From Thermotogota bacterium (lineage in GTDB: Bacteria > Thermotogota > Thermotogae > MWEM01), in contig DAOPKN010000002.1 in the NCBI GenBank assembly GCA_035391225.1, positions 41,411 to 105,410 on the forward strand: 64,000 nucleotides of DNA, given 5' to 3'. The notes under the pieces are model-generated. The model was not told the origin of the DNA. It was given only the letters and a program-made list of their open reading frames with translations, and searched no databases. The translations under genes were made by a program, and so were the position numbers. This document shows, in pieces, positions 61,388 to 64,000 of this stretch (the first letter of the stretch is position 1; the number at the start of each line of letters is the position of its first letter).

Positions 61388-63225
61388 TCGAAAAGCGCGT
61401 TCGCATCGTTACCACGTTCTTCCTTCTTTTCATCCTTGTGCTGCTCGGCCGGAGTTTCTTCCTTTCCCTACAACCCGTATCCCCCGCGGGCCAAAGGACC
61501 GGTCTCTACAAGGTATACCCGCAAAGAGGCATCATCTACGACGCCATGGGTGTTCCCCTCGTCAATAACGCGCACCAGTACATCTACTACTTCGACAGTG
61601 GCTACTTCCAACGCCAATTGGATCTGGAACGCGTGGATCCGGACGTGGTGCTTTCCCAAGTACACTCTTTTTTTGGGTACGACCCCCAAGAACTCCAACA
61701 GAAGCGGCAGAGCATGCCGTTTGTTCCCGTGGGAAAAACCAGCCAGCCAAGGGAGGACATTCCTTCCCCCCTTTCCCTTTTCATTTCCGTGGACCATTCC
61801 AACATACGCGGAATCTTGTACCCGGAAATGCAGCAAATCATTGGCAAGGTGGATTCGTTTGGGAGCGGCGTGAATGGGTTGGAACACAAGTGGGACACCA
61901 TTCTCGCACCCAAAGGAGAGGGAACCCTTTCGTTTGGTGTGAAAGGCGACTGGCTCCTTCTGGGGGACCACGTGGATTTCATTCCTGCGCAAAACGGGCA
62001 AGACCTGAACCTTTCCGTGGACTTGCGCTTCCAGCAGCTGCTGAAGAACGCGTTGGAAGAAGGGCTGGAAAAGTACCATGCGGAAAGTGCCTTGGGCATC
62101 ATCATGGAGGCGAAGACGGGAAAAATCCGCGCCATGTATTCCACGCTTCCCTACAACGACGCGATCATGGGATTGTACGAACCCGGTTCCGCTCTCAAGC
62201 CCTTTATTTTTGCGCTGGCACTCAAGTACGACCTGCACGATCTGGATCGCATTTTCTCCTGTACGGGGAAAATCCGTCCCTTTTCCGACCTTCCCACCGT
62301 GATCGGTGATACGCACGTACATGGAGACATCGACCTGGATACGGCGCTTGCCGAATCGTGCAACGTGGCCACCGTGGAACTGGCCAAGCAATTTCTCGAG
62401 GAGCAAGATGATTGGACCTATTTTCGCGAACTGCGCTTGCTGGGATTCGGAAGCAAAAGTGGAATCGAACTTCCCGACGAAATCAACGGGATCCTCCACG
62501 TTCCACCCGATTGGAACCGTCTCACGGGAGTGCAGATGGCCATCGGCCAAGGGATAGGGGTCACAGGAATCCAGTTGGTTTCCGCGATCAACACCCTGGC
62601 AAACGATGGCGTGTACATTTCGCCCACCATCCTTCGGGACCGCACAACCCCAGCCCAAACACGCACGTTGTATTCCCAGGATGTTGTCCAGAGGGTCCGC
62701 GCAATGATGCAGCAAGTGGTGGATTCGGGGACCGGGATTTCCGCGCAGGTACCAGGGATCTCTATCGGTGGGAAAACAGGAACCGCCCAAAAAGCCGAAG
62801 CGGGCATCGGGTACGTGCAGGGGAAGTACGTTTCCAGTTTCGTGGGGTTTTTCCCCGTGGAGGATCCCATCTACACCGTCCTGATCTCCGTGGATGAGCC
62901 TGAAGGCGACGTGTACTACGGGGGAGATGTGGCCGCGCCCATTTTCCAAAAGGTGGTCAAGCAGATCCTTGCCATCGTGAACCAGCCCCAGGATCCGGAA
63001 CCGAAACCCATCGTGGTGAAAACATGGACGCTACCAGATTTCCACGGTTTTTCGCGCAAGGATGTATTGGACATTTTGCGTGTGCATCCCATGGGTACCG
63101 AAAACATCCGTTTCCGGGGAGAAGGGGTGGTGGTGCAACAGGATCCCCTCCCCAACACGCCCATTGAGGATGTAACCCAGTTGGTCCTAACCCTTTCGAA
63201 CGAAGGTGATTTCGATGTGCCCTGA
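61384..63225 (+). CDS. ftsI: Class B penicillin-binding protein (FtsI/PBP2-type transpeptidase) with C-terminal PASTA domain
   Basis: GTGA overlap. The three active-site motifs are SALK (SxxK), SCN (SxN) and KTGTA. The C-terminal ~60 aa fit a PASTA-like pattern (LPDFHGFSRKDVLDIL...). Confidence 0.9.
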   Translation: MIEKRVRIVTTFFLLFILVLLGRSFFLSLQPVSPAGQRTGLYKVYPQRGIIYDAMGVPLVNNAHQYIYYFDSGYFQRQLDLERVDPDVVLSQVHSFFGYDPQELQQKRQSMPFVPVGKTSQPREDIPSPLSLFISVDHSNIRGILYPEMQQIIGKVDSFGSGVNGLEHKWDTILAPKGEGTLSFGVKGDWLLLGDHVDFIPAQNGQDLNLSVDLRFQQLLKNALEEGLEKYHAESALGIIMEAKTGKIRAMYSTLPYNDAIMGLYEPGSALKPFIFALALKYDLHDLDRIFSCTGKIRPFSDLPTVIGDTHVHGDIDLDTALAESCNVATVELAKQFLEEQDDWTYFRELRLLGFGSKSGIELPDEINGILHVPPDWNRLTGVQMAIGQGIGVTGIQLVSAINTLANDGVYISPTILRDRTTPAQTRTLYSQDVVQRVRAMMQQVVDSGTGISAQVPGISIGGKTGTAQKAEAGIGYVQGKYVSSFVGFFPVEDPIYTVLISVDEPEGDVYYGGDVAAPIFQKVVKQILAIVNQPQDPEPKPIVVKTWTLPDFHGFSRKDVLDILRVHPMGTENIRFRGEGVVVQQDPLPNTPIEDVTQLVLTLSNEGDFDVP

Positions 63226-63226
63226 A

Positions 63227-64000
63227 ATGAATACCCAAATCGGGAAGACCCTTTTCAAGGATATGAACTGGCGCGGACTGCGTCCGCTCCAAAAAAAGAG
63301 CTTTTCGGCCATAAGCCAAGGAAACAACACCCTGATCACCGCGGGAACCGCTTCCGGCAAAACGGAGGCTGCACTGTTACCCGTTCTTTCCATGCTGGTT
63401 TCCGACCCGGAGCTTGCCCATTCCAACTCCCCGGTGGCGTTGTACATCGCCCCGCTGAAAGCCCTGATCAATGATATCTTTGCCCGCCTGCAAAAGTTGG
63501 CCCAAAGGAGTCCGCTCAAGGTGTTTTCGTGGCATTCGGACGTGGAGAGTGCGGAGAAAAGCCTGGCGCTGCAAAAATCCTCCATCCTTGTCACGACCCC
63601 GGAATCCATCGAAGGCATGTTCGTGTCGAAAAAAGTGGACCCCCGTCTCTTCTTCCAAAACCTACGTTTCCTGTTGATCGATGAGTTACACGCGTTGATT
63701 TCCGGTCCCCGGGGAGCCCAACTTTCCTCGTTGATGGAGCGCTTGGAAGACATCAGCCGTTTCCCCGTACAGAGGGTGGCGATGAGCGCCACCATTGGCA
63801 ATCCTCCCGAGGTGTTGCACTGGTTACGCGGGGGAAATCCCCGTCCGTGCCTCCACGTGCACGACGAAGCATCTTCCCAGAAGAGGGTGTGGGTGCGCGA
63901 GAAAAGCCTGGAGAAACTGGTTTCCGATCTCGAAGAAATGATGACGCACCAGGGAAAGGGCATCCTGTTCACATCGAGCAAGCAGGAGGCGGAATTGCTG
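63227..64000 (+). CDS. DEAD/DEAH-box superfamily 2 helicase (Lhr-like), 3' end cut by window edge
   Basis: This ORF is not in the supplied track because it has no stop in the window. ATG lies 2 nt after the ftsI stop. Motif I is TAGTASGKTEAALLP, Ia is APLKALIND, II is LIDELH and III is MSATIGN. Confidence 0.8.
   Translation, partial: MNTQIGKTLFKDMNWRGLRPLQKKSFSAISQGNNTLITAGTASGKTEAALLPVLSMLVSDPELAHSNSPVALYIAPLKALINDIFARLQKLAQRSPLKVFSWHSDVESAEKSLALQKSSILVTTPESIEGMFVSKKVDPRLFFQNLRFLLIDELHALISGPRGAQLSSLMERLEDISRFPVQRVAMSATIGNPPEVLHWLRGGNPRPCLHVHDEASSQKRVWVREKSLEKLVSDLEEMMTHQGKGILFTSSKQEAELL

Noticed and set aside
1-64000. CRISPR arrays, transposases, integrases, prophage genes, toxin-antitoxin pairs or known defence-system genes
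   Set aside because: No spaced direct-repeat arrays were seen. No ORF has DDE, tyrosine/serine recombinase or Cas signatures. Composition and gene orientation look like core chromosome throughout. This was a visual scan only, so short repeats could have been missed.

Overview
Gene-dense chromosomal segment of a moderately GC-rich bacterium. Strong GGAGG-type ribosome-binding sites, many 4-nt ATGA/GTGA/TTGA gene overlaps, and a gene set suggesting a thermophilic anaerobe. I call about 58 protein genes, mostly housekeeping. These include four aminoacyl-tRNA synthetases (leuS, trpS, aspS, asnS), folC, a polyprenyl synthase, membrane pyrophosphatase hppA, scpA, gcvT/gcvH and cmk-ispH-rpsA-der-plsY-glgX. 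Also present are a CoA-transferase pair, mtaB, pfkB, Trk potassium uptake genes, rluD and the start of a dcw cluster (rsmH-ftsL-ftsI). The less ordinary parts are listed here.
- An 830-bp ORF-free island (46.7-47.6 kb) contains a highly structured RNA that I read as a divergent RNase P RNA on the minus strand. Next to it is a terminator-like leader in front of a DUF218 / secreted beta-rich protein / GT2 envelope operon.
- A PadR-controlled operon of two NifX/NifB-like proteins, two MinD-type ATPases with ferredoxin inserts and a radical SAM enzyme, with a perfect 10-bp palindrome over its promoter.
- An H-NOX-MCP fusion with the complete O2-binding residue set, directly downstream of a ferritin/rubrerythrin-like gene.
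- A signalling cluster with two paralogous 7TM sensors, one ending in CheA-like HPt-kinase plus a CheC/CheX-like domain and the other in HD-GYP, preceded by a CheY-type regulator and a membrane protein.
- An actin-fold FtsA-like protein carrying tandem ThiS-like beta-grasp repeats.
- A large lipase-like protein whose nucleophile serine is replaced by glycine.
- A legumain-like (C13) lipoprotein.
By eye I found no rRNA, tRNA, CRISPR array, transposase or integrase. Many long ORFs in the track are antisense shadows of real genes and were rejected. All calls rest on motif recognition and manual inspection; no searches were run.
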